A DNA stretch of 64,000 nucleotides from Bacteroidota bacterium (GTDB lineage Bacteria > Bacteroidota > Ignavibacteria > Ignavibacteriales > Ignavibacteriaceae). This document shows, piece by piece, positions 35,624 to 46,734 of the stretch. Where the stretch lies: positions 4,612 through 68,611 of the forward strand of contig JAKIZM010000008.1 of NCBI GenBank assembly GCA_022708025.1, given 5' to 3'. The notes below the pieces were generated by a model. It did not search any database. It saw only the letters and a list, made by a program, of their open reading frames with translations, and was not told where the DNA came from. How positions within the stretch are numbered: the stretch's first letter is position 1; each line of letters opens with the position of its first letter. The position numbers and the translations under genes were made by a program.

Positions 35624-36535
35624 TTAATTAGATTCAAAATAATTATATTCATCGAAAAAGAATTCAACAGGGTTCAGGTTTTCTCCATTATGTAAAATTT
35701 CATAATGTAAATGCGGACCAGTAGAAAGACCACTATTGCCTGACTTGGCGATAATATCTCCTCTTTTTACATTCTGACCTTCACGAACTAAGGTTTTGGA
35801 TAAGTGAGCATAAATTGTTCTATAACCAAATCCGTGATCAATCTCCACAGCTAATCCATAACCCTGTTTAGGTCCCGAAAATATTACTTTTCCTTTACCG
35901 GAGGATTTAACATTTGTTCCAACATCAGTAATAATGTCAATTCCGTTATGCATTTTATTAACTCCTAAAACAGGATGCACTCTCATTCCATAACTATCAC
36001 TACTATACTTTCCGTTTGTAGGTACAATTGCAGGAATGCTTTCATAAAAAGCTTTGTTTTCATTAAGCTTGCTTACGATCTCATCGTATTGAGACTTCTC
36101 GAATTCAAATCTCTTTGAAACTTTATCAATATAATTTAAAGCATCAGATACTTCCCCTGAAAAATCATCATACAATCTTTCTAATGAACTACTTCCACCA
36201 ACACCAAGTGTTCTTTCTTCAGGATTTATAGGAGTTAAATTAGTTGCTAGTCTTAGTTCATCACTGATTTCTGTTAAAGAAGATAATTCTTTTTCCAGGG
36301 CAGAATATTTTTTCGATAATTGTAAGAGGTTTCCTTTGAGTTCTTTATTCTCATTTTTCAGGATGGCAACATCATTTTCATTGTTTAATAATCCGGAAAC
36401 CAGATAAAACGTCCCGAATATTAATGCACTGAACAGGATTACAGATGCAGTAAAATATATTACAACCTTTTTCTTGAAATGCTTTATTTCAAGAAAATTC
36501 AGACTTTTTTCAGAGAAATAGTAAAACTTTTTCAT
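35624..36535 (-). CDS. M23 family peptidoglycan metalloendopeptidase
   Basis: N-terminal TM and coiled coil. HNGIDI and GNSGLSTGPHLHYEI zinc motifs. Confidence 0.9.
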   Translation of the reverse strand: MKKFYYFSEKSLNFLEIKHFKKKVVIYFTASVILFSALIFGTFYLVSGLLNNENDVAILKNENKELKGNLLQLSKKYSALEKELSSLTEISDELRLATNLTPINPEERTLGVGGSSSLERLYDDFSGEVSDALNYIDKVSKRFEFEKSQYDEIVSKLNENKAFYESIPAIVPTNGKYSSDSYGMRVHPVLGVNKMHNGIDIITDVGTNVKSSGKGKVIFSGPKQGYGLAVEIDHGFGYRTIYAHLSKTLVREGQNVKRGDIIAKSGNSGLSTGPHLHYEILHNGENLNPVEFFFDEYNYFESN

Positions 36536-36596
36536 AAATTGTGGTGCAACTTAAAGAAATGAGTCTGTTTTGTCAATATCAAAAAGAGCTAAAAAA

Positions 36597-37610
36597 TCAT
36601 TCAAAATCATGCTCAAAATAGTCTACTTCTCTGCTTAAAGCTGCATTTTTGTTCCTTATTCTTTCATTAAGTTTACCTTGAAACACTTTTGCAGCATCAT
36701 AGCCATAATGTTTAAGTAAATAATTTAATCCAATAATTTCAAGGATTACAGTAATATTTTTACCCGGAATAATCGGCAATTTTATATATGGAATTTCCAC
36801 ATCCATTATGTTTATCGATTTATCCTCTAACCCAGTTCTGGTATAATCAGAGTTATCGTCCCAGAATTCTAACTCTACAACAACTTCAAGTCTTTTCTGG
36901 AATCTGATAGCTCTTATACCGAAAATGCTTTGAATATCAATTATTCCTAATCCCCTGATTTCCATAAATTTTTGTCCAAGTTCCGTTGCGGAACCCAGCA
37001 GGATTCCTTCCCCTTTTTTGGTTAGAATAATTACATCATCAGCCACTAATCTATGACCTCTTTCGATCAGGTCTAATGCAACTTCACTTTTTCCGATTCC
37101 GGATTTGCCAATAACCATTATACCAACACCATAAACATCAACAAAAGATCCATGAAACGACATTCGTGGAGAAAACTGATCATCCAGAAAATCACTTAAG
37201 AAATAAACCAGTTTTGTAGTAGAATAACTGGTCTGAAATAATGGTACCTGATATTCATTTGCCTTTTCGAGTAGTAAGGGAATCGGCTTATTATTATCGG
37301 TGAGAACAATACAAGGTATGTTAAATTTAAAAAACTTTTCAAGTGATTCATTTAGTTTTTCAGGAGTTAAATGCTCTAAATACCGCATTTCAGTATTACC
37401 GAAAACCTGAACTCTTGTATAAGAAAAGAGATCAACAAAACCGGCCAGGGCTAATCCTGACCGGTGTAAATTTTGTTCGTATACTTTTTTATCAAAGTCG
37501 TTATTTTCACTCAGCAATTCCAGTTTGCAAATCCTTTTTGCATTTTCAAAAAGGAATCCAACTGTTATAAATTCTTTACGACTAATTGCATTTTGATCGA
37601 ACTTCATCAT
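36597..37610 (-). CDS. hprK: HPr(Ser) kinase/phosphorylase
   Basis: Walker A GKSGIGKSEVALDLIERGHRLVADD and the HprK signature region (EIRGLGIIDI). Confidence 0.9.
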   Translation of the reverse strand: MMKFDQNAISRKEFITVGFLFENAKRICKLELLSENNDFDKKVYEQNLHRSGLALAGFVDLFSYTRVQVFGNTEMRYLEHLTPEKLNESLEKFFKFNIPCIVLTDNNKPIPLLLEKANEYQVPLFQTSYSTTKLVYFLSDFLDDQFSPRMSFHGSFVDVYGVGIMVIGKSGIGKSEVALDLIERGHRLVADDVIILTKKGEGILLGSATELGQKFMEIRGLGIIDIQSIFGIRAIRFQKRLEVVVELEFWDDNSDYTRTGLEDKSINIMDVEIPYIKLPIIPGKNITVILEIIGLNYLLKHYGYDAAKVFQGKLNERIRNKNAALSREVDYFEHDFE

Positions 37611-37909
37611 CTTGCTTTTGATACCCTTTTTGATTTAACAGTTTTTAACTGTCTTCTAAGTTTTTCTGCAGCAGAACTTACAGCTACTTTAAATTCTTCT
37701 GATTTATCTGCAGCATTTAAAGTCTGGCCGGGAATGTATAAAACAATCTCTGCCTTTTTTATACTATTCTGATTATTCTGATAACTAAGGATAACGTCTG
37801 CGCCGATGATATCGTCATTAAATTTTTCAAGTGAAGTAATTTCATCTCTGATAAATTCTTTTAAGGTATCGTGTGCTTTGAACTTTCGGGCTGTTATCTG
37901 AATATTCAT
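37607..37909 (-). CDS. hpf: ribosome hibernation promoting factor (short HPF/RaiA)
   Basis: MNIQITARKFKAHDTLKEFI... sigma54-modulation/S30EA fold pattern, 100 aa. Its stop overlaps the hprK start. Confidence 0.9.
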   Translation of the reverse strand: MNIQITARKFKAHDTLKEFIRDEITSLEKFNDDIIGADVILSYQNNQNSIKKAEIVLYIPGQTLNAADKSEEFKVAVSSAAEKLRRQLKTVKSKRVSKAR

Positions 37910-37924
37910 TTTGTCCTCCGTTAA

Positions 37925-38818
37925 TTAAGATTTTGGATGAGATTTTTTATATGTAGTTTTTAATCTTTCTATACTAACGTGAGTATAGATTTGCGTTGTT
38001 GATAAATTTTCGTGTCCTAGTATTTCTTTTACAGCTCTCAGGTCTGCACCATTATCCAGCATATGTGTTGCTGCACTATGACGCAAAATATGAGGGCTTT
38101 TCTTTTTAATATCTGAAACTCCGGATAAATATTTGTTTACAATTCTATAAACAAACCTTGGGTAGAGTTTATCATTTTTTTTGGTTCTAATCAAGTAGTC
38201 ATTTTTTGATGTAACCGGATTTAATTCCAGGTATTTTGAAATAGCAAGTATCGTTTTTTCTCCAACAGGAACGATACGTGTTTTATTCCCTTTACCGGTA
38301 ACAAGAAACTGTCCTTTATTTTTATTGTAATCTTTATATTTCAAATCACAGAGTTCGCTGACTCTTAAAGCAGATCCGTAAAGAATTTCAAAAATAACCG
38401 ATATCAGTTCAGGTTTTTCATTCATCTCTTCAACATTTTTCAGCAATTCAGGAATAGTTGTATCAGATATTATTTCAGGTAATTTTCTTTTTGATTTCGG
38501 ATTTTTAATCAGTAATACAGGGTTCTCTTCAATAATATCATTTTGGAAAGCATATTTAAAAAGACTTCTGACAGCAGCTAATTTTCTTGAGATTGTCTTT
38601 TTATCAAGCTCTTTTTCATTTAAAAATATCAGATATGATTTTACAAACCGCTCATTAATTAGTGAAATTTCTGAGCGATCTTTTGATAAACAATGTTTCT
38701 TAAAATCATAAAGATCATTAGTATACGCTTTAAGTGTATGCTCAGAATATCTGCTGACATTAGATAAATTGGACAAAAAATTATTTATAAGTTTTTCAAT
38801 TGTCACAATATTATTCAA
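37925..38818 (-). CDS. tyrosine recombinase, XerC/XerD family
   Basis: SAM-like N-domain, catalytic RVSEL...HILRHSAATHML...LGHENLSTTQIYTHV. Housekeeping neighbours on both sides. Confidence 0.9.
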   Translation of the reverse strand: MNNIVTIEKLINNFLSNLSNVSRYSEHTLKAYTNDLYDFKKHCLSKDRSEISLINERFVKSYLIFLNEKELDKKTISRKLAAVRSLFKYAFQNDIIEENPVLLIKNPKSKRKLPEIISDTTIPELLKNVEEMNEKPELISVIFEILYGSALRVSELCDLKYKDYNKNKGQFLVTGKGNKTRIVPVGEKTILAISKYLELNPVTSKNDYLIRTKKNDKLYPRFVYRIVNKYLSGVSDIKKKSPHILRHSAATHMLDNGADLRAVKEILGHENLSTTQIYTHVSIERLKTTYKKSHPKS

Positions 38819-38919
38819 ATAAAACTATGGTTAATTTACAATAACTGTAAGATGTGATCCGAAAAATATTTTTATAAATCTGGATCAATTGAGGTTCATA
38901 ATAATTGATTAAAATCTGG

Positions 38920-39348
38920 TTACAATAAAGTAAAATTTATTTTAGAAAGCAATCTATTTTCAAATCTTTTCATAATTTTTTTATCATCCGGGGCTTTATC
39001 ATCATAGCCGGTTAAATGTAAAATACCATGAATAACCAATCTTTTTATCTCTTTTTCAAAACTTACTTTGTATTTTTCAGAATTTGTTAATGCTTCATCA
39101 ACAGATATATAAATTTCTGCATCCAACAACTTTTTATTATCTGAGTAATCAAATGTAATTATATCTGTAGTATAATCGTGGGAAAGGTGCTTTTTGTTCA
39201 ATTCCCAAATTTCTTTGTTGTTTATAAAATTTATTTGTAAAGCCTGAATGGAAAAACCAATTTCCTTCGATAAATAATGAACTAATCGGTGTATTGCTTT
39301 TTTATTAAAATGCTTTTTTTTGTCAGATACTATTACGTTCTTCATCAA
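38920..39348 (-). CDS. ybeY: rRNA maturation RNase YbeY
   Basis: HGILHLTGYDD zinc motif, 142 aa. Confidence 0.9.
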   Translation of the reverse strand: MMKNVIVSDKKKHFNKKAIHRLVHYLSKEIGFSIQALQINFINNKEIWELNKKHLSHDYTTDIITFDYSDNKKLLDAEIYISVDEALTNSEKYKVSFEKEIKRLVIHGILHLTGYDDKAPDDKKIMKRFENRLLSKINFTLL

Positions 39349-39354
39349 ACAGCT

Positions 39355-39927
39355 TCAGAATGTACTTAATAAAGAATCAACAGTTATTTCTGTATAACCG
39401 GCATATCTTAATGCAGATTTTTCAAATTCATCCATTTCAGCATCTGTTAAATCCCTTACGATTTTTGCTGGAACGCCAGCAACTAATTTTCCGGTTGGTA
39501 CAACAAAGTTTTGTTTAACTACAGATCCTGCTGCAACCATTGATTTTTCTTCAATTACAGCACCATCTAATACTATTGCACCGATTCCTATTAAGCAAAG
39601 ATCCATCAAAGTGCAACCATGCAATTTTACAGCGTGACCAATTGTAACTTTGTTTCCAATATTCAAAGGAAATCTTCCATTAGTAACATGGAGCATTGAG
39701 TTATCCTGAATATTGGTTGTTGATCCGATCTTTACGTAATGAACATCACCTCTTATAACTGTGTTATACCAAATACTTGAGTCCTTGCCAATTTCAACAT
39801 CGCCAACAATTTTTACTCCGGAAGCAAGAAAAACTGTTTCATCTATCTTAGGAAAAAGGTTTTTGTAAGGAAACAATTTAACTTCATTATAATGATCATT
39901 TAGTCTTTGTATTTTGGCGGCATCCAT
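39355..39927 (-). CDS. gamma-carbonic anhydrase family / hexapeptide-repeat protein
   Basis: Left-handed beta-helix hexapeptide repeats (IGKDSSIWYNTVIRGD, IGHAVKLHGC). Confidence 0.85.
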   Translation of the reverse strand: MDAAKIQRLNDHYNEVKLFPYKNLFPKIDETVFLASGVKIVGDVEIGKDSSIWYNTVIRGDVHYVKIGSTTNIQDNSMLHVTNGRFPLNIGNKVTIGHAVKLHGCTLMDLCLIGIGAIVLDGAVIEEKSMVAAGSVVKQNFVVPTGKLVAGVPAKIVRDLTDAEMDEFEKSALRYAGYTEITVDSLLSTF

Positions 39928-40712
39928 TCTTTTTTATTCCAGTTTTTTAATTCTAAAGTTATACTTCCAATTATTACCTGCATCTTGGCACGAATCGGAA
40001 TTGCGAATTCATCATTTGAAAACCAGCCTTCAAAATATCCGGTTAAACCAAAAATTCCTCTGAACTCAGTTTCGCCATCAAGATAAACACAATCAATATC
40101 ATAATCTACTGCATCAATATCCTGATCTTCATTTTCCTTATAAAAATTTATATGAGTTTTTTCAAATTTTTCATTAATGAAAACCGGAACAGTTAATTTT
40201 TTTTGAAGCCCTGTTCTCATTCGTGCATAATAAAACAAAGATAAACCATCCAAATATTCCTTATCTGATTTCGCTAAAGAATCAGTCCAGATTTCTTTTG
40301 TTCTTTCACGACCCTTTTTTACATGGATAGTTTGATTATTTTTATTGTATTGATAGGTCGTGAAGGTAGTATCATTTTTAAGTATTGTTCCTTTGAAGTA
40401 ACGGGAATTCTGTTTTTGATCAAATTTGGTTTCATAGATTTGATGCAGATCTACGAATGGTATGCCATAATAGGAATCAATATAAGCAATAGCTGAATAC
40501 AACGTATCATTATTATCAGTAGTTGTGCTGATTACTTTTAATCTTACTTCTCCAATCTCAAATGCAAAATACTTAACAACGTAAGTAATATCCTCACCAA
40601 CATTAATTTTTTTTGGTTTGTAATCAGCAGTTAAATATTTTACTTGATTTGCTGAAAGCAATGAGTTGAATAAAAGTATAAAAGATAAAATCAGAATAAA
40701 ATTATTTTTCAA
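39900..40712 (-). CDS. DUF3108-like exported beta-barrel protein (hypothetical)
   Basis: Signal peptide. GE..Y.V.Y..F.IGE..L pattern reminiscent of DUF3108. Low-certainty family call. Confidence 0.45.
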   Translation of the reverse strand: MKNNFILILSFILLFNSLLSANQVKYLTADYKPKKINVGEDITYVVKYFAFEIGEVRLKVISTTTDNNDTLYSAIAYIDSYYGIPFVDLHQIYETKFDQKQNSRYFKGTILKNDTTFTTYQYNKNNQTIHVKKGRERTKEIWTDSLAKSDKEYLDGLSLFYYARMRTGLQKKLTVPVFINEKFEKTHINFYKENEDQDIDAVDYDIDCVYLDGETEFRGIFGLTGYFEGWFSNDEFAIPIRAKMQVIIGSITLELKNWNKKEWMPPKYKD

Positions 40713-42316
40713 TTTAATTCAGCTATTTTTTTTGCTTCATCAAAAAGAGTTAAAGCTTTATTCATTTGTTCATCAGTTTTTATCAGAATTGAATACCAGC
40801 CTTCATTTTTCCAATAATTTCTTGCAATTTGTGCTTTTAATCTTGCTGCAATATAATCTTTATCCTCGTTAAATTCTTTTTCACTGAATTCAACATCTTT
40901 TGATTTAGCGTAATCAATAAAGCTTTTTAAGAATGAATCCGATATTAAAAAGTTTTCTCTGAATGATTTCAGATCTGGATATTTCTCTTTGATCGTACCA
41001 TTATTTTTATCAAGATAAGAAAGTATATAAGTATAGAAAATATTTTTTCTTAACAGATTTTGTGTATATAATGTTACGGATTTTGATTTAACTATATAAT
41101 CGGGTGTAATACCACCGCCGCCATAAACAACTCTTCCCTTTTTTGTTTTATAAACTGGTTTAACAGAATCCTGTTCGGCAGTGTGATCTATATTTTCACC
41201 TTCTGTCTTGTCTTCTTCAATTGATTCGGAATAATACTCGGCTTTATCTTTTTTGTTTTTATAATCTCTTTGGATCAATCTTCCGCTTGGGGTGTAATAG
41301 CGCGATATTGTTAGTCTTAATGCTGAATTATCAGGTAAATCAAATTGTCTTTGCACAAGTCCTTTTCCAAAAGAAGTCTCTCCTACTATCAAACCTCTAT
41401 CCCAATCCTGAACAGCACCGGATACTATTTCACTTGCTGAAGCACTGCCGTGATTTATAAGAATGATAATCGGAATCTTTTCAAAGATTGATGGTTCTGA
41501 AGCAAAATATTGTTCATCAAATTCTTGTCTTCTACCTTCAGTGTAAACAATCTTTTTCTTATCATCGATAAAAAGATCAGATATTTTTACTGCCTGATTT
41601 AAATATCCGCCCGGATTGCTTCTTAAATCAAGAACAAGCTGCTTCATTCCGTTTTTGTTAAGATCCTGTAATGCCTGATTAAGCTCATCATAAGTTGTTT
41701 CTGAAAATCTTGAGACACTAACATAACCGGTAGTGTTATCAATCATAAAATGTGTGTCAACTGAATAGAGTGGAATTTTATCTCTTACAATAGTGTATTC
41801 AATAGGTTTTGTAATTCCTGTTCTTATGATGGAGACATTAACTTCGGTTCCTGCTTTTCCTCTTAATTTTTTTCTCACATCATCATTCGTGATTCCAACT
41901 ACACTTTCGTTTTCTATTTTAACTATTCGATCGCCCGGTAATATTCCAAGTGCTTCACTTGGTCCGCCTGAAATTGCTGACACAACTGTTAAAGTATCAT
42001 TTACAATCTGAAATTCTATTCCTATTCCTTCAAAATCACCTCTGAAAGATTCCTCAACTTGCTTAAATTGTTCAGGTGAGATATATACTGAATGAGGATC
42101 TAATTCGTTAAGCATTCCATTTATTGCGGATTCGACGAGCTTCTGTGTATCAACTTCTTCAACATAATACTTTTCAGTGAAAGTTAGTACATCATTAAAT
42201 TTTCTTATGCTTTCACGAAGATTATCAACAGAGAAAGCTTTGTTTAAAAAGACACCCAGAACAATGCCTAATACAGTTGCAAACAACAGATAAGGAAATT
42301 TTACAGATCTGAACAT
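40709..42316 (-). CDS. S41 family carboxyl-terminal processing peptidase with PDZ domain
   Basis: PDZ (GILPGDRIVKI), catalytic GSASASEI and FGKGLVQ motifs. N-terminal anchor. Confidence 0.9.
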   Translation of the reverse strand: MFRSVKFPYLLFATVLGIVLGVFLNKAFSVDNLRESIRKFNDVLTFTEKYYVEEVDTQKLVESAINGMLNELDPHSVYISPEQFKQVEESFRGDFEGIGIEFQIVNDTLTVVSAISGGPSEALGILPGDRIVKIENESVVGITNDDVRKKLRGKAGTEVNVSIIRTGITKPIEYTIVRDKIPLYSVDTHFMIDNTTGYVSVSRFSETTYDELNQALQDLNKNGMKQLVLDLRSNPGGYLNQAVKISDLFIDDKKKIVYTEGRRQEFDEQYFASEPSIFEKIPIIILINHGSASASEIVSGAVQDWDRGLIVGETSFGKGLVQRQFDLPDNSALRLTISRYYTPSGRLIQRDYKNKKDKAEYYSESIEEDKTEGENIDHTAEQDSVKPVYKTKKGRVVYGGGGITPDYIVKSKSVTLYTQNLLRKNIFYTYILSYLDKNNGTIKEKYPDLKSFRENFLISDSFLKSFIDYAKSKDVEFSEKEFNEDKDYIAARLKAQIARNYWKNEGWYSILIKTDEQMNKALTLFDEAKKIAELN

Positions 42317-42392
42317 ATAGATAAATACTCCATAATTTCAGTTTATAGATAAAGAAAAAATATCAACTTAAACAGTCAAATAATAATCAGTT

Positions 42393-43904
42393 TTAACTTT
42401 TTACTTCCGGCTTCATCTGTGGAAAAAAGATCACATCTCTGATAGAAGGCTGATTGGTAAAAAGCATAACGATTCTGTCAATACCGATTCCCAAGCCTGC
42501 TGTTGGCGGCATTCCGTATTCAAGTGCACGTAGAAAATCTTCATCTACCTGATGAGCTTCTTCGTCGCCAGCTTCACGCATCTTTACTTGTTCTTCAAAT
42601 CTTTTTCTTTGATCAATAGGATCGTTAAGTTCAGAGAAAGCGTTACAGATTTCTCTTCCCATTACATAACCTTCAAATCTTTCGACAACACCTTCTTTGC
42701 TTCGATGTTTTTTTGCTAAAGGTGAAAGTTCAATCGGATAATCAATAATAAATGTAGGTTGTATTAATTCGGTCTCAACTGTTACGCTGAATAATTCGTC
42801 AATAAGCTTTCCTTTTGTGTTTATTGTTGTGATATCGATTCCAAATTTCTTTGCAGTATCTTTTAATTCATCAAGTGTGCAATTTAAAACATTTAAACCT
42901 GTTTTGTTTTGAATTTCTTCAATCATTGATATTCTTTTCCAGGGTGCTTTGAAGTTTATAAGTTTATCATCAATCTGGAATTCAAGTGTGTTAAAAACAT
43001 TTTTGCAAATATGTTCAAACATTGATTCAACAAATTCCATCATCCAGTTATAATCTTTGTAAGGCACATATAATTCCATCATTGTAAATTCAGGGTTATG
43101 TGATCTATCCATACCTTCATTTCTGAAATCTTTGGATATCTCATAAACACCGTTAAATCCGCCAACAATTAATCTTTTAAGATAAAGTTCATCTGCTATT
43201 CTTAAATATAATTGAGTATCAAGAGCATTATGATATGTAATAAACGGTCTTGCAGCCGCACCTCCGTATAAAGGCTGTAAAACGGGTGTTTCAACTTCAA
43301 GGTAGCCGTTTGAATCCAGAAAATTTCTCATTGAAGAAATAATCTTACTCCTTTTAATAAATACATCTTTGATTTCCGGATTAACAATTAAATCAAGATA
43401 TCTTCTTCTGTATCGTAATTCTTTATCAGAGAACTGATCAAAAATTGTTTTGTTACCCTGTTCATCAATAACTTCTTTCGCAATTGGAAGCGGCAAAAGA
43501 GATTTACTTAATAATTTCATTGTTTTAGTATGAACAGAAATCTCACCTGTTTTTGTTTTAAATACAAAACCTTCTACACCAACTATATCACCAATATCCA
43601 TTAATTTAAAAACATCATAATAATCGCCGATGTCATCTTTTTTCAAATAGATTTGGATTCTCCCTTTATGATCCTGAATATGAGCAAATGAGGCTTTTCC
43701 CATTCTGCGTATTGCCATAATTCTGCCGGCAATACTTACATTCATTTCGTTACCTTCAACAAAGTTACTTTTTATTTTCTCGGAATCTGAATTTACATTG
43801 AAAGAATATTCAAAAGGCAAAATACCTTTTTTTAATATCTCATCTAATTCTTCGTATCTTCTTTTTATAAGCTCATTAAAGGAAGGTTGAACAGTATTTT
43901 CCAA
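42393..43904 (-). CDS. lysS: lysine--tRNA ligase (class II)
   Basis: OB anticodon-binding domain, class II motifs ([16 protein letters not shown]). Confidence 0.95.
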   Translation of the reverse strand: MENTVQPSFNELIKRRYEELDEILKKGILPFEYSFNVNSDSEKIKSNFVEGNEMNVSIAGRIMAIRRMGKASFAHIQDHKGRIQIYLKKDDIGDYYDVFKLMDIGDIVGVEGFVFKTKTGEISVHTKTMKLLSKSLLPLPIAKEVIDEQGNKTIFDQFSDKELRYRRRYLDLIVNPEIKDVFIKRSKIISSMRNFLDSNGYLEVETPVLQPLYGGAAARPFITYHNALDTQLYLRIADELYLKRLIVGGFNGVYEISKDFRNEGMDRSHNPEFTMMELYVPYKDYNWMMEFVESMFEHICKNVFNTLEFQIDDKLINFKAPWKRISMIEEIQNKTGLNVLNCTLDELKDTAKKFGIDITTINTKGKLIDELFSVTVETELIQPTFIIDYPIELSPLAKKHRSKEGVVERFEGYVMGREICNAFSELNDPIDQRKRFEEQVKMREAGDEEAHQVDEDFLRALEYGMPPTAGLGIGIDRIVMLFTNQPSIRDVIFFPQMKPEVKS

Positions 43905-43906
43905 AA

Positions 43907-45433
43907 TTATTTTCTCCTGAAATTAGTTAATCTTAAACAAACAAGATCCTGAATATTATCAGCAAGTTTAATAGGTACATTAAAATTGTTTGCAATAATT
44001 GAAAATGCAATCGGTTCGCTATCGCCGGTAAATGCATAACCTGAAAGACTTCTTACGTGACTGATAAATCCTGTTTTAGCTCTGACATTATTTTCTGCTG
44101 ATGTATTATTCATCCTTTTACCTATCGTACCATCAACGCCGGCTATTGACAAGGAATTAAAGAAGTCCGGATATATTTTATTATTTGAATAAACATATTT
44201 TAAAAGTTCAACAATTTGCCGTGGAGTTACCATATTTATGTAGGATAATCCGCTTCCATCCACCATCACTATATTTTCAGGATTTAATCCTATCTCACCG
44301 AATAACTCTTTTAAAACAGAAATTCCATTTACTGCAGATCCAAATCCTTTCTTTTCAAGTCCGATAGTTTTTAAAAGCTGTTCAGCAAAAAAGTTCTGAC
44401 TGCCTTTATTAATTACTTTTATGATTTCACTCAATGGCTCCGAATACCAGGTAAATAAAAGATCCATATCATTGTAATTCATTTCCCTGTCGTAATCATC
44501 AATATCAATTGAATATCCATTAACTCTTATTTTGCGCTGCTCCAGTCTGTTTTTGAATGCCATAATCATAAACTGTGTCGGATTCATTACAGTTGAATAA
44601 GTAACCACACTATCTGAATCTTTTCTGAAAGTTCCCGAAACAGTAATTACATTAGTTCCGCGCTCTCTATACACATCAATAGATGTTCTTTCATTCTTTT
44701 TTGCAGCTGAAACATTATTTAACAATACAATATTTCTTAGAGCAGGATTATAAGTAACAATTATCGAGTCAGCTTTTGAATTATATTTAATAGTAATATC
44801 AATACAATTGTCATTATAAGATAAAGCACTGGATTGTGCTGCATACCAATCTGTTTCATAATCCCATAACCAGCCAACACCAAGTCCGGTATCATCAAAT
44901 AAATTATCATCGCCAACGATATTTCCATTAATATTTTTAATACCCATATCCAGTAAAGAATCAATCCAAGTATCAAAAACATAATTTAAATCATTGTTAT
45001 AAAATCTGCCCGATATTGTTGGGTCTCCCCGCCCTTGAATAATAAGATCACCATAAAGCGTTGAACCTGATTGATAACCATTGGTTAAAATATTAGTAGA
45101 AAACCTGTAATCACTTCCAAGAAGTAAAAGTCCGCCAGCAGTTGTAAAAAGTTTTAAGTTTGAAGCAGGAATAAAAAACTTGTCTTCATTTCTTTTATAG
45201 AAATATTCTCCGTTATTGAGTGATTGAATTACCACGCCCCAATTTGCATTGATGAAGCTATTATCGTTAAAAATATCGTTTAACTCTTTCTGCAGTTCAG
45301 AAATAGTTGAATAAGAATAAGTTTTAACGGAATCCTTTACTAAGAAAGTACTATCCTGTGCAAACAAATTATTCGATAAAGAATAAACAATGAAGATAAT
45401 TTTTAAACTATTTACTAAGCTTTTGAATTTCAT
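43907..45433 (-). CDS. dacB: D-alanyl-D-alanine carboxypeptidase/endopeptidase (PBP4, S13 family)
   Basis: Signal peptide, SxxK (PASNLKLFT) and KTG (RAKTGFI). Confidence 0.85.
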   Translation of the reverse strand: MKFKSLVNSLKIIFIVYSLSNNLFAQDSTFLVKDSVKTYSYSTISELQKELNDIFNDNSFINANWGVVIQSLNNGEYFYKRNEDKFFIPASNLKLFTTAGGLLLLGSDYRFSTNILTNGYQSGSTLYGDLIIQGRGDPTISGRFYNNDLNYVFDTWIDSLLDMGIKNINGNIVGDDNLFDDTGLGVGWLWDYETDWYAAQSSALSYNDNCIDITIKYNSKADSIIVTYNPALRNIVLLNNVSAAKKNERTSIDVYRERGTNVITVSGTFRKDSDSVVTYSTVMNPTQFMIMAFKNRLEQRKIRVNGYSIDIDDYDREMNYNDMDLLFTWYSEPLSEIIKVINKGSQNFFAEQLLKTIGLEKKGFGSAVNGISVLKELFGEIGLNPENIVMVDGSGLSYINMVTPRQIVELLKYVYSNNKIYPDFFNSLSIAGVDGTIGKRMNNTSAENNVRAKTGFISHVRSLSGYAFTGDSEPIAFSIIANNFNVPIKLADNIQDLVCLRLTNFRRK

Positions 45434-46115
45434 TTTGTTTTAGCTTTCTATAAGAGCCTATCGGAATATCCGCTGTTAAACCTGCAAAACTTTTTCTATT
45501 TAATTTTTCAACTGTGTAGTTTAGAGTAGAGAACATTTTTTTAACAAAGTGATTTCTGCCTTCAGTACATTTTACAGTTACATTTTTACCAGATGATTTT
45601 TTAGTATAGGAAATTTCAGTAAACCTGCTTCTTGAGCCATCAATAAAAATTCCCTTCAGTAATTTTTTTTCATCTTCCAAAGTTAATTCTTTATCAAGTG
45701 TTACCTCATACTCTCGTGTTATATTGTGCTTTGGATGTAATAATTTTTGTGCAAAATCACCGTCATTAGTCAGGATTAAAACTCCGGTAGTATTATAATC
45801 CAATCTTCCAACAGGAAAAATTTTTTGTTTTGAGTTAATAAGATCAAGAACAGTTTTCCTTTTCTTTTCATCATCGGTTGTAGTTACAACACCTTTCGGT
45901 TTATTCATTAAATAATAAACGTGTTCAGCAGGATGAATTCTTTCTCCATCAACAAAAACATCATCTCTATTGGGATCAACTTCAAAGGCAAGTTTAGTAA
46001 TAGTTTTATTATTTACAGTTACTCTGCCTTGTGTAATAAGTTCTTCCGCTTTACGCCTTGAGGTTAATCCGCTGTCAGCGATATATTTATTCAGTCGTGT
46101 TGTTGTTTTCGTCAT
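45408..46115 (-). CDS. pseudouridine synthase, RsuA/RluB family
   Basis: S4 domain (RLNKYIADSGLTSRRKAEELI) and catalytic GRLDYNTTGVLILTNDG. Confidence 0.85.
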   Translation of the reverse strand: MTKTTTRLNKYIADSGLTSRRKAEELITQGRVTVNNKTITKLAFEVDPNRDDVFVDGERIHPAEHVYYLMNKPKGVVTTTDDEKKRKTVLDLINSKQKIFPVGRLDYNTTGVLILTNDGDFAQKLLHPKHNITREYEVTLDKELTLEDEKKLLKGIFIDGSRSRFTEISYTKKSSGKNVTVKCTEGRNHFVKKMFSTLNYTVEKLNRKSFAGLTADIPIGSYRKLKQNEIQKLSK

Positions 46116-46734
46116 TTAGTTCTTTTTCAATACTTTCTTCAACAAAGTTCATCATTATTTTATTCTTCTGTTCAATAAAGTCTTCATCTTTCATGATTTC
46201 TTCAATTTCACGTGGCTTGGGTAAATCACTCAGGTTATACAATCCAAAATATTTTAAAAATTCTGTTGTAGTTCCGTAAAGTAATGGTCTTCCTATACTT
46301 TCAGCTCTTCCGATAATTGTAATCAGATTTTTTTCTAATAATGATGTCAGAATATAATCAGAATTTACTCCTCTGATTTGTTCAAGTTCCGGTTTGGTAA
46401 CCGGCTGTTTATATGCTATGATAGCTAGAGTCTCCAAAGCTGCCTGGCTTAGTCTTCTTTTGGATTTTTCTGATGAAAGATATCCGACATATTTTGCAAA
46501 AATTTCTGTTGTTACAAAAACAAAGCCGTTAGCTATTTTTTTTATTCTGAATGACCTTCCGTTTTCTTCATAAGATTTATTTAATAAGTCCACAGTTTCA
46601 GAAATATTATCGGGAGTTATTTCGATATCTTCTCCATCTATTCCTTTGATAGCCCGAATAATTTCGTTTTCAGAAATCGGTTCATCAGAAGAAAAAATAA
46701 GTACTTCAATTATTGAATTATAAGATTTATCCAT
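46087..46734 (-). CDS. scpB: segregation and condensation protein B
   Basis: IEVLIFSSDEPIS, LSQAALETLAIIAYKQPVT and GRPLLYGTT motifs. Confidence 0.9.
   Translation of the reverse strand: MDKSYNSIIEVLIFSSDEPISENEIIRAIKGIDGEDIEITPDNISETVDLLNKSYEENGRSFRIKKIANGFVFVTTEIFAKYVGYLSSEKSKRRLSQAALETLAIIAYKQPVTKPELEQIRGVNSDYILTSLLEKNLITIIGRAESIGRPLLYGTTTEFLKYFGLYNLSDLPKPREIEEIMKDEDFIEQKNKIMMNFVEESIEKELNDENNNTTE

Noticed and set aside
37925-38818. The tyrosine recombinase as a marker of a phage or integrative element.
   Set aside because: The XerC/XerD-type catalytic motifs, chromosomal housekeeping neighbours on both sides (hpf, ybeY) and absence of att-like repeats or phage genes all indicate the housekeeping dimer-resolution recombinase.
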